A stretch of DNA of 63,903 bases, counting the filler, from Folioceros fuciformis (taxonomy: Eukaryota), in the NCBI GenBank assembly GCA_049999805.1. It is 10 parts of 10 records of this genome, joined end to end, with 100 filler letters (N's around TTAATTAATTAA, not from the genome) between each part and the next. Parts side by side here need not be neighbours in the genome. Positions count along the whole stretch, not along the records: positions 31,192 to 37,571 come from JBNGIO010003955.1; positions 37,672 to 43,237 come from JBNGIO010003957.1; positions 43,338 to 48,160 come from JBNGIO010003958.1; positions 48,261 to 56,237 come from JBNGIO010003959.1; 6 more parts are not named here. One strand, written 5' to 3'. The position numbers and the translations under genes were made by a program. Every line of letters starts with the position of its first letter. Position 1 is the first letter of the stretch. The notes under the pieces were generated by a model. The model was given only the letters and a program-made list of their open reading frames with translations. It did not search any database and had not been told where the DNA came from. Below, in pieces: positions 37,385 to 49,889 of this stretch.

Positions 37385-37466
37385 TCCAATTTGGTAACGA
37401 GAACGATGTATCTAGCGATTCTATCCAATTTGGTAACGAGAACGATGTATCTAGCGATTCTATCCA
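37385..37466. repeat. 39-bp tandem duplication
   Basis: CAATTTGGTAACGAGAACGATGTATCTAGCGATTCTATC x2. Confidence 0.9.
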
Positions 37467-37672
37467 TAAGCGAGCAGATAGAGCTTCATGCATCCATTGC
37501 TTACTTAGATAGTGATACATGCGTAGTCTAGCCATTGGATTTGGAGACCAACGTAAGAGCCCTATGGCTCTNNNNNNNNNNNNNNNNNNNNNNNNNNNNN
37601 NNNNNNNNNNNNNNNTTAATTAATTAANNNNNNNNNNNNNNNNNNNNNNNNNNNNNNNNNNNNNNNNNNNNG

Positions 37673-37873
37673 TGTTGGTTTAATAACCCCGACGGTTAAA
37701 TATCCCTACTTACTTTTAGGTTATGTTATTTAGGGTTAATAGGGTACTTTTTGTATATAACATTTTTCTGCTCATTATTGAATACACATCGTTTTGTTCT
37801 ATTGCTCTCGCATGCCTCTACATGCTGGCCTTTCTTGCTAGATGCATGAGGTATCTCCGCATGGTATCAGAGC
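37673..37873 (+). repeat. 5' LTR (37673-37861) and tRNA-iMet PBS (37862-37873) of Copia C
   Basis: TGTTGG...CCGCA followed directly by TGGTATCAGAGC. Confidence 0.85.
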
Positions 37874-37907
37874 GCCTTGATGGTGTTTGAATCCTTTGTA
37901 TCTTGCA

Positions 37908-38550
37908 ATGCCACGTGGTCGTGGAGAACGTGTTTCTTCGCGTGGTGAATTTCCTCCAAGGCACCAGCGTGAATCACATATTCCTCCACCCACTCCTAAA
38001 TTGCCATGGACCGATGAGACATTCAATAATTATCGAGTTTCACTACGACAATTTTGGAAGTGGCAATTGCAAGAACAAAGAAGGCTCCGCAACTTGACGC
38101 GGGAGCAAAGTAGGAATAGGCATCAAGAGATTGGGGCTCCCAGGAGCCACTCAAAACCAGTTCCTGAAAATCATAAATTTCGGTCTAATTTGGAGTTTCT
38201 TGATGATGCTATTTCAGAAGATTCTGATTTTGAATATCCTGATTATGAAGATGCTCATTCTGTGGTGGAATTTTATTATAATCGTATTGAGACACGTGTG
38301 GCTCAATTGCGCGCAAAACAGGATTTTTTTTTTAGAGGTTATGCATGAACAAGAGAAACGCCTTCAACATGCACTTTCTTCTTTGAAGGAAGAATACTCT
38401 GGTCATTTGCAACGTATCAGCAATCAATTGCTACTTCTACTTGGAGCTTCTAATTTACCTCCCCTTGAGAAATTGAAGGCGGAGTCACCATTCATTTCAG
38501 GAGAATCTAAATCTTCAGGGCATGATTGCCCACCTATCACGATCTTGTGA
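37908..38550 (+). pseudogene. Extra ORF between PBS and gag in Copia C (~214 codons, one frameshift at T10)
   Basis: ORFs 37887-38348 and 38131-38550 join at the T-run 38324-38333. Basic N-terminus, acidic middle, coiled-coil-like tail. Confidence 0.6.
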
Positions 38551-38902
38551 TTTGTTTCCGCTGCACAAGGAGAGGAGTTGCAATTATGGATTTGGTGCTG
38601 GATTGCAGTATCTGCTCAATTGCTCCAGCCACAGATTGCAGATATGAAGAGACGATTAGGGTTACCTGAGTATGTCACCTGTAGGCTTCCCTTCATGTTC
38701 TGCTGAATCCCAACTGCTTTCCTTCCTTTAGCCCTAGTTTATATTTTTTAGGGCACGTTTCGTATCTTGACAGTTACACACTAAGATTTGAATGGTTACT
38801 ATTCATTTTTTGCATTAGTTACGTCTTCCTTGTTAGTTGGTCTTTGCTTGCTGCCTCCATCTTTTCTATTGTACAGCTGTAGCTACCTGCACACATACAG
38901 TC

Positions 38903-41900
38903 ATGTCAGCCCCTACTTTTACCTCTGATCTTAAGAGTACAGACAGATTTAATGGCACGCGTTTTGATATTTGGAGTGTTAGGATGAAATCCACTTTACT
39001 TGCTCGTGGAGTCTGTGATGTAGTTGATGGGACAAACCTAGATCCCGGCACTCCTTCTAATCCTACAACAGTAGGAGCTATTGTTACTCAAAAACAGAAA
39101 GATGCATGGGATAACCTGAACAGAATTGCTGTAGCCCTCCTAGTCAATGGGCTTGAGTCTGATCTTGTCCCTGAAGTCGAGTTTCTCACCAATGCAAAAG
39201 CAATTTGGGATCAGCTTACAGGAACTTATAAAGTTGAAACAATGATGAGCTTATGCGCAGTAAGGCAGCAATTTTATCTTGCGCATGAAGGAAGGAGATT
39301 CTGTTGCAGCATTCACTAGTCGATTTAGGCACTTGCGTGCTCAAATGGCTGCTCTTGGCACAACTATGCAAGAGGTGGATGCGGTAGCTCAGCTTCTCAC
39401 CAGCGTGCCTCCCAGTTACCAGACATTTGTCACCACGCAAAATGGTCCCATTTGAGCTGCCGGCCAGAGTGTCAAGCTCACATATGTTATTGGGGCTCTA
39501 TATCAAGAGGAAATGAGCTGCCAAATGTCATCAAGGGGACAACACAGCCGTTCTAAAACTGACAAAGTTTTTTCTGCGACAAGAGGAGGTCGATTCAACA
39601 TGAGAGGTAGAGGGAGAGGTCAACCACCTGCTCAGCGCAATGCCACTCAACCTTCTGCATCAAGGAGACAAGGTAACTGCAATTGGTGTGGGACTCCTGG
39701 GCACTGGGCCAGAGAGTGCAGAAAGAAAAAGGCCGGGGAGCCTCAGCGGGCAACACCTCGACCTACAGCTGCACCTGCCACATCACAATCAAAAGAAAAG
39801 GTTTCCGAACCTCAGTCAAGCAAACCAGTTGTGAAAATATTAACACTCTGCCTGAGCACTCAAACGAGTGAGGTATACAGTTGGTACCTTGATAGCGGTG
39901 CCACTGCTCACATATGTCGTGATGAGCTCCAATTCACTAGCTTGACCCTTACCACTATTTCTGAACGAGTGTTCTTAGGTGATGAATCCAGTTCCAGCAG
40001 TCTGCACATACATGGTAAAGGCATCTGTAAGTTCCCACTTCATGATGATACTGTCTTAGTTTTACCAGATGTTCTTTATGTTCCTAAGATGGCTAAAAAT
40101 TTAATGTCACTTAGCAAGATAATGCAGATGAAGGACCTCATACTTACAGTCTCAGAAACCACATGTTGCTTTGCTCGTCGTAGCTCACCTTCTCGCTGTA
40201 TTTTCAAAGCTGTCCTAGATTCAGAATTGTATCGTCTGGGTATCTCTTGTATCCGCCGTGAACAAGTAAATTCAACAGCTGTTGGTCCCTTGACAACAGC
40301 TCAGCAGGCTATACTTTGGCATGCCCGCCTTGGGCATGCAAACCGTTCTAAACTTGTTGACTTATCAAGGCAGGACTGTTACAGGGAGCCTCTTCCTCGC
40401 TGTTTCAAAGATCTGCCCATATGCGAAGTTTGTGCTTTGGCAAAACAGCGGGAGACTCCTTTTCCTACAGTTCCTGCATTTCGATCCACGGCAGTTCTGG
40501 AGTTAGTACATGCTGACATTAGTGGGAGACTTCAAGAACAATCTCTTGGTGGAGCATTATATTATTTTACTCTCACTGATGACTATAGCAGATATACATG
40601 GACCTACCCTATGGAGCATAAGAGTGACACCTTTCAGATATTTCAAGACTGGCTGTTGGTTGTTCAAAGGCAATCTGGTCGCATGCTGAAGATGTTCCGC
40701 ACTGACAACGGAGGGGAATTTACAAGCTCTGCCTTTGAGCATTTCCTGGAAACACAAGGCATTATCCATTAGTTGATAGTTCCATACACGCAGCAGCAGA
40801 ACGGCGTGGCGGAAAGAAAGAACCAGACTCTGATGGGGATGACGCGCTCCATGCTTTTATGGTCTGGACTGCCCAATCCTTTCTGGGCTGAGGCTGTTGT
40901 CACAGCAACCTACATTTTGAACCGCCTTACCTCTCGTTCTNNNNNNNNNNNNNNNNNNNNNNNNNNNNNNNNNNNNNNNNNNNNNNNNNNNNNNNNNNNN
41001 NNNNNNNNNNNNNNNNNNNNNNNNNNNNNNNNNNNNNNNNATGTGCCTGCAGAGAAGAGACGTAAGCTTGACAATCGCTCGAGACAGCTTGTATTTGTAG
41101 GCTACAGTGAAGTGACTAAGGGCTACAAAATTCTTGATATGCACAATATGCAGCCGGTGGTAGCCCGTAGTGTTACCTTTATTGAGCATTTGGTTCCATC
41201 ATCAGCTGATTCTCCTTATTTACCAGGCACTTTGGGGGATTCTACCAGCCAATTGTATTCTGAAAATTCTGGTGAGTATCCAGATGATGTTGACGGTGAA
41301 GCTGATGCTGGTGTCATGTTCCCACCTGCTCCTCCAGCTGATACTCCACTAGATGCAGAGCCTGATGCAGAATCTGCACATGACAATGCTGAAAATTCAG
41401 ATCATGATCTTCCCCACAATCCAGTTAACCCCGTAGAATTAGAACCTGACAGTTCTTCCCAATCTTCTGATTCTTTTGGTGAAGAAGAGACATTACCAGC
41501 ATTGCCAGTTTCAGCTGATGTTACACATGAACCTGTACGTAGGTCTACACGTGCTCATTGCCCTCCCTCTGAATGGCTAGAGCCCCGTTACACATCTATC
41601 GACTTTCGTAAGTCAGTGGGAGTCTGTATCCCATCTGTCCACAATGCCTCTTTGCCCATTATCCCTCCTGAGCCTGTCACTCTCAAAGAAGCATTTTCAG
41701 GTCCCGATAGAGATAAATGGAGGCATGCTGTGGATGATGAATTCAACAGTCTTATGCAAAATGGTACCTGGAAACTTGTTCCTCGTCCTAAGGGGCGCAA
41801 ACCTATAACCTGCAAATGGGTATTCAAGCATAAGTTAGATGCTGATGGTAACATAGCACGTTATAAAGCAAGGCTCTGCGCACGTGGATTCACACAAATA

Positions 41901-43237
41901 CCTGGTCTGGATTTCCAAGAGACATTTTCTCCAGTGGTACGCTCTCAATCAATTCGCCTCATGCTTGCTTTAGCTGCTGAGCGTGACTTAGAAGAAGAAT
42001 TGTATATGGAACAGCCCGAAGGCTATGAAGACCCTGATCATCCAGACTATGTGTGTCAACTTATTAAGTGCATTTACGGCCTTAAACAAAGTGCAGAACG
42101 GTGGAATGCAAGACTGGATACCTGCCTAAAGGGCCTTGGATTTCGACAGAGCCCTGCAGATCCTTCTGTCTACATCTATGATGATGGCACCTCTTATGTT
42201 CTTCCGGCTGTTTACGTTGATGATGCCATATTTGCTGGAAATGATACCCACTTGTTAGCACGAGTTCAAGACATGTTACGAACAGAATTTGAAATGACAG
42301 ATGTAGGGGAGCTGAAATTTTGTCTTGGTATACAAGTATTGAGAGTACGTGCAGAGGGGTTGATCATTATCCATCAGCGTAAATATATTTCAGAAATTCT
42401 CCAACGTTTTAACATGGACAATGCACATCCTGCCAACACACCTTGTGCAAGTGGTGTCAAACTCACCAAGGATGACAGTCCCGTTTCAGCTGCTGACATT
42501 GCTGATATGAAAGATGTCCCATACCGGCACGCAGTCGGCAGCTTATTGTTTGTAAGTAATTGGACTCGGCTAGATATCACATATGCTGTGAACACAGCCT
42601 CTCAATTTCTGGACTGTCCTGGCCGTAATCACTGGACTGCCATCAAACGAGTATTTCGTTATTTGAAGGGGACACATAATTATGGACTATGCTACAAAAG
42701 AACAGGAGAAACACCTACCTTGTCAGCCTTTGCTGATGCTGACTGGGCATCTGATGGGGACACACGCAAGAGCTTGTCTACATATGTCTTCTTCTTATCT
42801 TCTGCAGCCGTTACATGGAGCTGTAAGAAACAAAGCAGCATTGCCCTCTCAAGCACTGAAGCAGAATATAAATGCCTCACCGATGCTGCGAAAGAAGCTG
42901 AATGGGCACGCTCTTTCCTCTCCTCAGTGCACTGTGAGCAGCTACTCCCTACTACACTGCACTGTGATAATCAATCTGCCCTAGCCCTTGTTGATCGTCC
43001 TAGGTTTCACGCTAGAACGAAACATATAGAAATTGCACATCACTACGTTAGGGATGTCAAGGCTAGGGGAATTGTCAGCCCTGTTTATATCCACACTGAC
43101 GGAAATACGGCTGATGTCCTCACTAAACCACTGCCCAAACACAAACATCAGACGCATGTAGAGGGTTTAGGTCTCGTAGATTTCAGCAAGTTTTACTGCC
43201 TGATTGAATGCTTACATGGTGGACAGCCCCACAGAGT
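38903..43237 (+). mobile_element. Copia element C (CNWC lineage) gag-pol, few disablements
   Basis: CNWCGTPGHWARECRKK, WYLDSGATAHI, LWHARLGH, RTDNGGEF, QQNGVAERKN, YVDD, DADWASD, KHIEIAHHYVR. Confidence 0.97.
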
Positions 43238-43337
43238 NNNNNNNNNNNNNNNNNNNNNNNNNNNNNNNNNNNNNNNNNNNNTTAATTAATTAANNNNNNN
43301 NNNNNNNNNNNNNNNNNNNNNNNNNNNNNNNNNNNNN

Positions 43338-45180
43338 CATGCTGACGGATTGTGGGGAGCCCTCTTGTTACCAAGAGGCCATGTCAGTGACTAACAAGGA
43401 CAAGTGGGAGAAGGCGATGCAGTCGCAGATGGATTCGCTCCACAAGAACCAAACTTGGGAGTTGGTTTAGTTGAAACCCATACCCCATTATGGCAAACCC
43501 AAGTACAAGGCACGATTGGTTGCTAAGGGTTTTAAGCAACAGCAAGGTATTGACTTTAATGAGATTTTCTCACCAGTTGTCAAAATGACCACCTTGCGAT
43601 GTGTTCTTGCTCTGGTTGCGAGGAACGACATGGAACTTGTCCAAATGGATGTCAAGTCAGCATTTCTGCATGGTGATCTCCAGGAAGAGGTATACATGGA
43701 GCAACCAGAGGGTTTCATTGAGAAGGACAAAGAGAATCTAGTGTGCAGGTTAAAGAAAGGCCTTTATGGTTTGAAGCAGGCACCCAGGGAGTGGTATTTC
43801 AAGTTCCACTCATTTATGCTTTCTCAAGGCTACAAACGTAGCGATGAGGATCATTGCCTCTATATGAAGCAAGCTAAGGATGGAAGCTTGCTCATTTTGG
43901 TCCTCTATGTGGATGATATGCTAATTGCTGGGACTTACAGTGATGAGATTTCAGCGTTGAAGTCAAAGTTGAATGCTCGCTTTGACATGATAGACTTGGG
44001 AGAGGCAACCATATTCTTGGCATGCGTATTTGTCGAGACAGATAGAAGCATCTGCTTTACTTGTCTCAAATTGAATACAATAACAAGGTGCTTCAACGTT
44101 TCAATATGGAGAAGGGGAAGGTATTGAGTACTCCGTTGCCTCCATATGTGAAATTGTCGAGCAAGGATTGCCCAAGTTCTGCGGAGGACAAAGCTGAAAT
44201 GGAGAAGGTTCCATACTCATCAGCTGTAGGGAGTTTGATGTATGCAGTGATTGCTACACAACCTGACATTGCCTTTGCAATGGGAGTGGTTAGCAAGTTT
44301 ATGTCAACCCTTGCAGGAAGCATTGGGAGGCAATGAAAGGAGTTATGAGGTACTTGAATGGTGCGAAAGCTTTGTGCTTATGTTTTGGTAGTGAAGATGC
44401 ATATGTTGTGGGATATACGGAAGCTGATTATGCAGGGGATATGGACAAAAGGAGGTCCACATCAAGTTATGTCTTCATGTGCACTGGAGGGGCAGTCTCA
44501 TGGCAATCTCGTTTGCAATCGTGCATAACGCTATCTACCACAGAGGCTGAGTATGTTGCAGCAACTGAGGCGTGCAAGGAAGCCATGTGGCTTGCTCGTT
44601 TAGTGGAAGATTTGGGGATCAAGGTTGAGCTGTTAGTGTTGCATTGTGATAGCCAGAGTGCTATCCACTTGGCGAAGAATCCTGTGTCTCATGCGAAGAC
44701 CAAACATGTGGAAGTAAAGTATCACTTCATTTGAGAGGTGTTGGAAGACAAGAGGGTACAGCTTGTCAAAGTTCACACCAGTCAAAACCTTGTAGATGTT
44801 CTTACCAAGGGGTTCTCTACGCAGCAATTCGCACAAGCTCGGACACTCATGGGCATGAGGTAGACCACTCTCCTATGAAGGTAAATTGGCCTTTAAGTAG
44901 GAGGTTGTAGAGTTAATAAAGCCCAATGTGCTTAGACTAATGTGTTTAGTCTAAGATTAGTATCTAGTTAAGTACCATCAGTTTAGATGAGCTTAAGCTA
45001 ATCTGTAGGAACCTTCTTGCGCAACTTCCTGTGCGCTTCTTGTGAAGCTTCCTAGGGAGCTCTTCTAGAGGGTATAAATACCCCCTTGAGCTCCCTGGCT
45101 ATAGAGACTCATTGTGAGAGTGTGACCTCTCTTTTCTCCTCTCCTCTCCTTCATCATGGAGCTCCTGTAGCGATCCTACA
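43338..45180 (+). mobile_element. Tnt1/Tork-like Copia RT-RNase H with 3' LTR 44906-45180
   Basis: QMDVKSAFLHG, YVDDML. LTR TGTAG...CTACA after a purine tract. Confidence 0.95.
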
Positions 45181-46170
45181 GACAACAATGTCTGTAAATT
45201 GACAAAAGGAACTAAATATGTGATCCTCGCTTTGTATGTGGATGATGTCATACTTGCCACAAACAATCAGCCACTGTTAGCAGAGGTAAAAAGAGATGCT
45301 AAGTATTAAGTTCGAGATGAATGATATTGACGAGCTAAAATTCTGCCTAAGAATCCAGTTGCTATGAGTAAGGGAAGAAAAACTAATCCTTATTCATCAA
45401 TATCAGTATGTTTAGGAACTTTTGAAAAGGTTTAAACTCGAATAGGCTACACCTTCTACTACTCCCTATGCCCTTGGGACAAAGCTCAGTAGTTTACAAT
45501 GTTCTCAAGCAGCAGATGAAATAAGGGAGATGGCACAAGTACCGTACAGGCATGCGATTGGAAGTTTGATATTTATACCTAACTGGACACGCCCAGACAT
45601 ATAGTATTCAGTTAGCACCTTGTCTCAAAAGAGGCTAAGTGGGAGCGTACCTTCCTGTTTGACCTAGGACAGAAGCAGACAGCTCCAACTCCCATCCTAT
45701 GTGATAACATGTCAGCACTGGAGCTTGTAGCTAATCCTAAATTTCACGCAAGAACAAAACATATCAAAATACAACACCATTATATCAGGGATGTTGTTGA
45801 GCGTGAAATCGTTAAGGTTAGCTATGTGGCAACAGATGAAAACACTGTTGACATCTTTACTAAGGGTCTGTCCAAGGAGAAGCATTACAAACACCTAGAA
45901 GCCCTTGGGTTGAGGGCATTTTCCATGCCCACCACCAATACGTGACCTACCTAGTTCAGTCCTCATGGAGACAGTTTGCAAGTCAGCTTGCCCAGTTTTC
46001 AATAATCCATCCTTGGTCCAGCTGTCCGCACAAAATACAGAGCTTGCTCTTACTCTCTCCTATTCATAGCAACCCAACGTTGTGGTGCCCTTAGTGGATG
46101 AAGCCTAAGTTTAGAATCCAGTCGTGAGTGCATCACATGCTAGAGTATTGTAAGGTGATAGGTTTACCTC
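45181..46170 (+). mobile_element. Degenerate Copia RT/RNase H (NWTRPDI type) and 3' region, interrupted by the preceding element
   Basis: ILALYVDDVILAT, NWTRPDI, CDNMSALELVANPKFHARTKHI. Internal deletion near 45630. Confidence 0.85.
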
Positions 46171-46175
46171 TCACT

Positions 46176-48160
46176 TGTTGCTGAGTGTGGACTCCACATG
46201 CTGAACAGACCCCTGGGAAATGATAGGTTTTCTTTTTTTTGGATTTGTGGGTGAGTGTTGTAGAGAAAAGGTTGAAAGGTTAGGTTAGAATAATAGCTAG
46301 ATTGATGGTGAGTCGATAGGGTAGGTAGGTTGTGTGGTGGATGGGACACGGGCTCTGGTTCCTCAGGGTAAGGTAACGGAGGAATAGGAAACCTGGGACG
46401 TCGTGGAAAGCGAGCTGGGGGGTCCTCTGGCTGTCGCTAGTGGAAGTTGGGGACAGAGATGGAGGTGTCGGAACGCGGCCCTGGTGCGTCGGGTGGATAG
46501 GGATCACCAGAGCACAGGTGGCCAAATTAGCAGACCGGCGGGATAGGGCGGTGGCCTAGATCTGGCCGGATTCAGAAGGCAGGAGCCAGGTTGCGGCCCC
46601 AGGTTGCGGCCCCAGGTTGCGGCCTCTGGGCAAGCGGCCGGCAGTAGGCTGGCANNNNNNNNNNNNNNNNNNNNNNNNNNNNNNNNNNNNNNNNNNNNNN
46701 NNNNNNNNNNNNNNNNNNNNNNNNNNNNNNNNNNNNNNNNNNNNNNNNNNNNNNAGGAGGCCAGATCGACAGACAGTCCTAGGTGGGTCAGCCAGGGGCG
46801 GAGCTGGATCCGGCCGTGATGGCTGGCCGATCCTAGAGCCAAGCGAGGGCCTGGCTAGCAGGGGAGGCCCCAGTTGGGGGCAGGCCGCTCCAGCGGGTTG
46901 TGGCAAGCCGGAGCGGATCAAGCAGGACGGCTGGCCATGTCGGGCTGCGAGCAGGTAGGCTGCCCGACTTGCAAGAGCTGACCGGGGTGGACCTGAGCCA
47001 GGCAGCAGAGGCTAAACCGACCATCAGCGGCCAGCCAAACGATCGGGCTGCAGGTGGGCAGTTCGACAGCCCTGCATGGCAGGCAGCCTGGCTTGTCGAT
47101 GAGCAGGCTGGTTGCTGGCGGATCCGGGAAGCTTGGATGATTGGCAAGCCGGGCTGCAGGTAGGCGTTGCTAGGAGCAGACCCAGGCAGGCTGCGGGCTA
47201 GATCCAGCAGGCCAGAACGGATCAGGTAGGGCGTGCGCCGCTGGAGACTGGCAAGCGAGGTGTAGGAGGTCTGGCTAGGTGGACAGCTAATCAACGGTAG
47301 GGTCTCAAGCGGGTTGCCTACGAAATCCAGGCAAGTAAGCGGAGCCAGGACATGGCTCCGCTTACTTGACATGAGCCAGGATCATGGGGTTGGTTGGCCG
47401 GATCTGGCCAGGCATCCAATAGGCGGGGCACAGGCGGCTTATGGTGCCCGTGCCTCTGCTCCGGGCCGATTTCTATTTGGCATCAACAGCAACAATAGAC
47501 GGGGCCTGGCAAGGGTCTCGTCTTGGCCAGGCCGGATGGGCAAGGTGGGCGGCGTTGTGCCCAAGGCGGGCTGGCTGGGTGCGGGGCCTAGGCAACAACC
47601 GGGCGGCGGACCCAGCAAGCTGGCTGCCTGGCTAGGTTCAGGAGGGCAGGCGGCCTGGCAGGCAAACCCAGCTCGCTGGCCGGGGTCAAATCCCGAAGCC
47701 GGGTAGGATCCCAAGTAGTGGCCCACTAACCTAGTTGCAGGATCCCAAGCAGTGGCCCGGCTGCTGAAGGTAGGCAAGCGTCCCAGCATCACGGACAATC
47801 GGCAGGCGGCCGAGGCGGATCAAAGCTGGTCGGGACCAGGGCTGGATCCGAAGGTTGGCAAGTGGTCCAGCAGCAACCGGATCCAGGCCAGGCGGGTGGC
47901 GACATTATCTGGGCAAGCATGCAGGCTCGCTGACCGATTGCCGGATTGCGCAGGACGTTGGGGAGGATCCAGCCAGGTGGTCGGCAGGGGGCAGGTTGGA
48001 TCGTGGTGGCTGGCTCCAGTGGAGGCCAAGTCTGGGGCAAGGCGTTGCGCTACAGGTAGGGCACCCAGGCGGTTTCACCTTTCCCCCTGAACAGTGGGTT
48101 GGTTGCCTGATGCTGTTCAATATGTTTGATCCGAGAGTGTGGCCAGTGGGGAAGCTGGTG
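46176..48160 (-). repeat. GC-rich LTR-like repeat related to 2058-4779
   Basis: Terminus TGTTGC at 46176. GGCTGG/GGATC-rich low-complexity body with no credible ORF. Confidence 0.55.
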
Positions 48161-48260
48161 NNNNNNNNNNNNNNNNNNNNNNNNNNNNNNNNNNNNNNNN
48201 NNNNTTAATTAATTAANNNNNNNNNNNNNNNNNNNNNNNNNNNNNNNNNNNNNNNNNNNN

Positions 48261-48514
48261 CTCAAACTTTCCCAACCCTATGGCCCGGTACCGGACCTAA
48301 ACTTTCCCAGATATGGAACCAGACCTGTACCCACTCTAATAACCAAACCAACTATTTCCTAGTCAATTAACCTAATTAGCACAAAAAAAAGGAAAAATGA
48401 CCAGAAAATAAAGAAAAATTAGGAAAAAGAAGTAGAAAAAGAAAACCAAACCAAACCATTTATTAACCCTTTTTCAACCAAAACAAACTACTACCCCAAA
48501 CTTTGGAGGTTCAT
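48261..48514 (+). repeat. LTR end (second copy 56338-56509)
   Basis: Near-identical A-rich segments ending ACTTTGGAGGTTCA(T/C)A. Confidence 0.8.
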
Positions 48515-49360
48515 ACCCTTCACCAACCGTCGCCGTACGTTCAAGAGTTTGGTCCAACTCCTCCTGGATCATCTCTGCTACCTCTTGCCGAACATTTGGA
48601 GGAAAACCCAGCACCCTCAATCTATCCAGTCGCGAGGTTCCTCTTGCCGCTTCCGCCTCCTGGGCCGGTTCATCCATGGACTGTCGTTCTTCCTCCGTGC
48701 ACGTCGCCGAATCAATGGTCACCCCTTCTCTTGTTTCCGCTTCCACTAGGTCTTTCGGCGCTTCCTCCTGCTCCTCTGGTGGTGGCGTCTCCTTCTCTCC
48801 GCTGCTCACAGAAGTCGACGTGTCCGCCGATGTGTCCCTCGAGTTGGAGGGGGCAAGTCGCCCTCTTCCTCCTCGCTTTTCCTACGTCGACTCATCGGTC
48901 CCCTTGGTGGTTTTAGCTCTGCCTCGGGTTTGGACAACCATGGCAAGTGCTTCCTCATAATACTTTTCGTCCAGGTTGCCCAAGCCCTCGAGTTCTCTCA
49001 ACATGTGAGCCTCCACGTCCTCCCACACGGCCATCAGTGCATCTGCCACTTGCGTAATCGGTGGAGCATTTGGTCCAGCGGGCTGAATTAAAGTCGCTGG
49101 AGTGGAAGCGATCCGCACATGTTTCTTCGGTGTTGTGCACAGGACACTCCCAACAACATGGCCCATCTGCTTGCAGTCAGTGCACAACCTCTCGTAGTCG
49201 TCGTTCCCCTATCGCGTTGCCGAAGGACAACTATTCGTGAAGTGACCTATGCCTCGACAGTTGTAACACTGGATTGCCGTCAACTGCCTTGGATTCCTAG
49301 CAGCTTGGCCCCTCATTCCAATAGGTGCGTTGTTGCGCAGGTGTGGGGGATAGGACGTCT
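48515..49360 (-). mobile_element. Gypsy gag C-terminal fragment homologous to 23650-24430
   Basis: CYNCRGIGHFTNSC, CTDCKQMGH. PPNVRQEVAEMIQEELD matches PPDISQEVAMMLEEELD. Confidence 0.8.
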
Positions 49361-49889
49361 TCGAGTATCCTAGCATAGGCGTTGCCTCCTGAATTTGATA
49401 GGCGTCTGTAGAGGAAAAAAGCTTTCGGGACTCCCATTTTGAAGAGCAGAATGAACAGGTAGTGTTTTTTTTTGTGAAGATGCGAGTGAATCGGCTTAGT
49501 ATGGAAATAATACATGGGTATTTATACCCAAAAGGCTCCTTAGTCCTTGGTGATTTGATAGGATTGAGTGACAAGACCAAGGAGAAGTGTGGGCGAGGGT
49601 GTCCTTGGCCCTTGGTGGTGTGGGGGCACTCAGGTGTCTATATATGNNNNNNNNNNNNNNNNNNNNNNNNNNNNNNNNNNNNNNNNNNNNNNNNNNNNNN
49701 NNNNNNNNNNNNNNNNNNNNNNNNNNNNNNNNNNNNNNNNNNNNNNCCCCTTGGAAAATAAGAAATAGGAAATGGGGTAGGGGCTTAGGTAGTTGTGGAC
49801 TTACGTGAAAAACCGGAGTGTGATGACTGGGCGACGGTAGCCGGTTGGGCGACCGTCGTGGAAGGGGGACCGGCGGTAGTGGAACGAGA

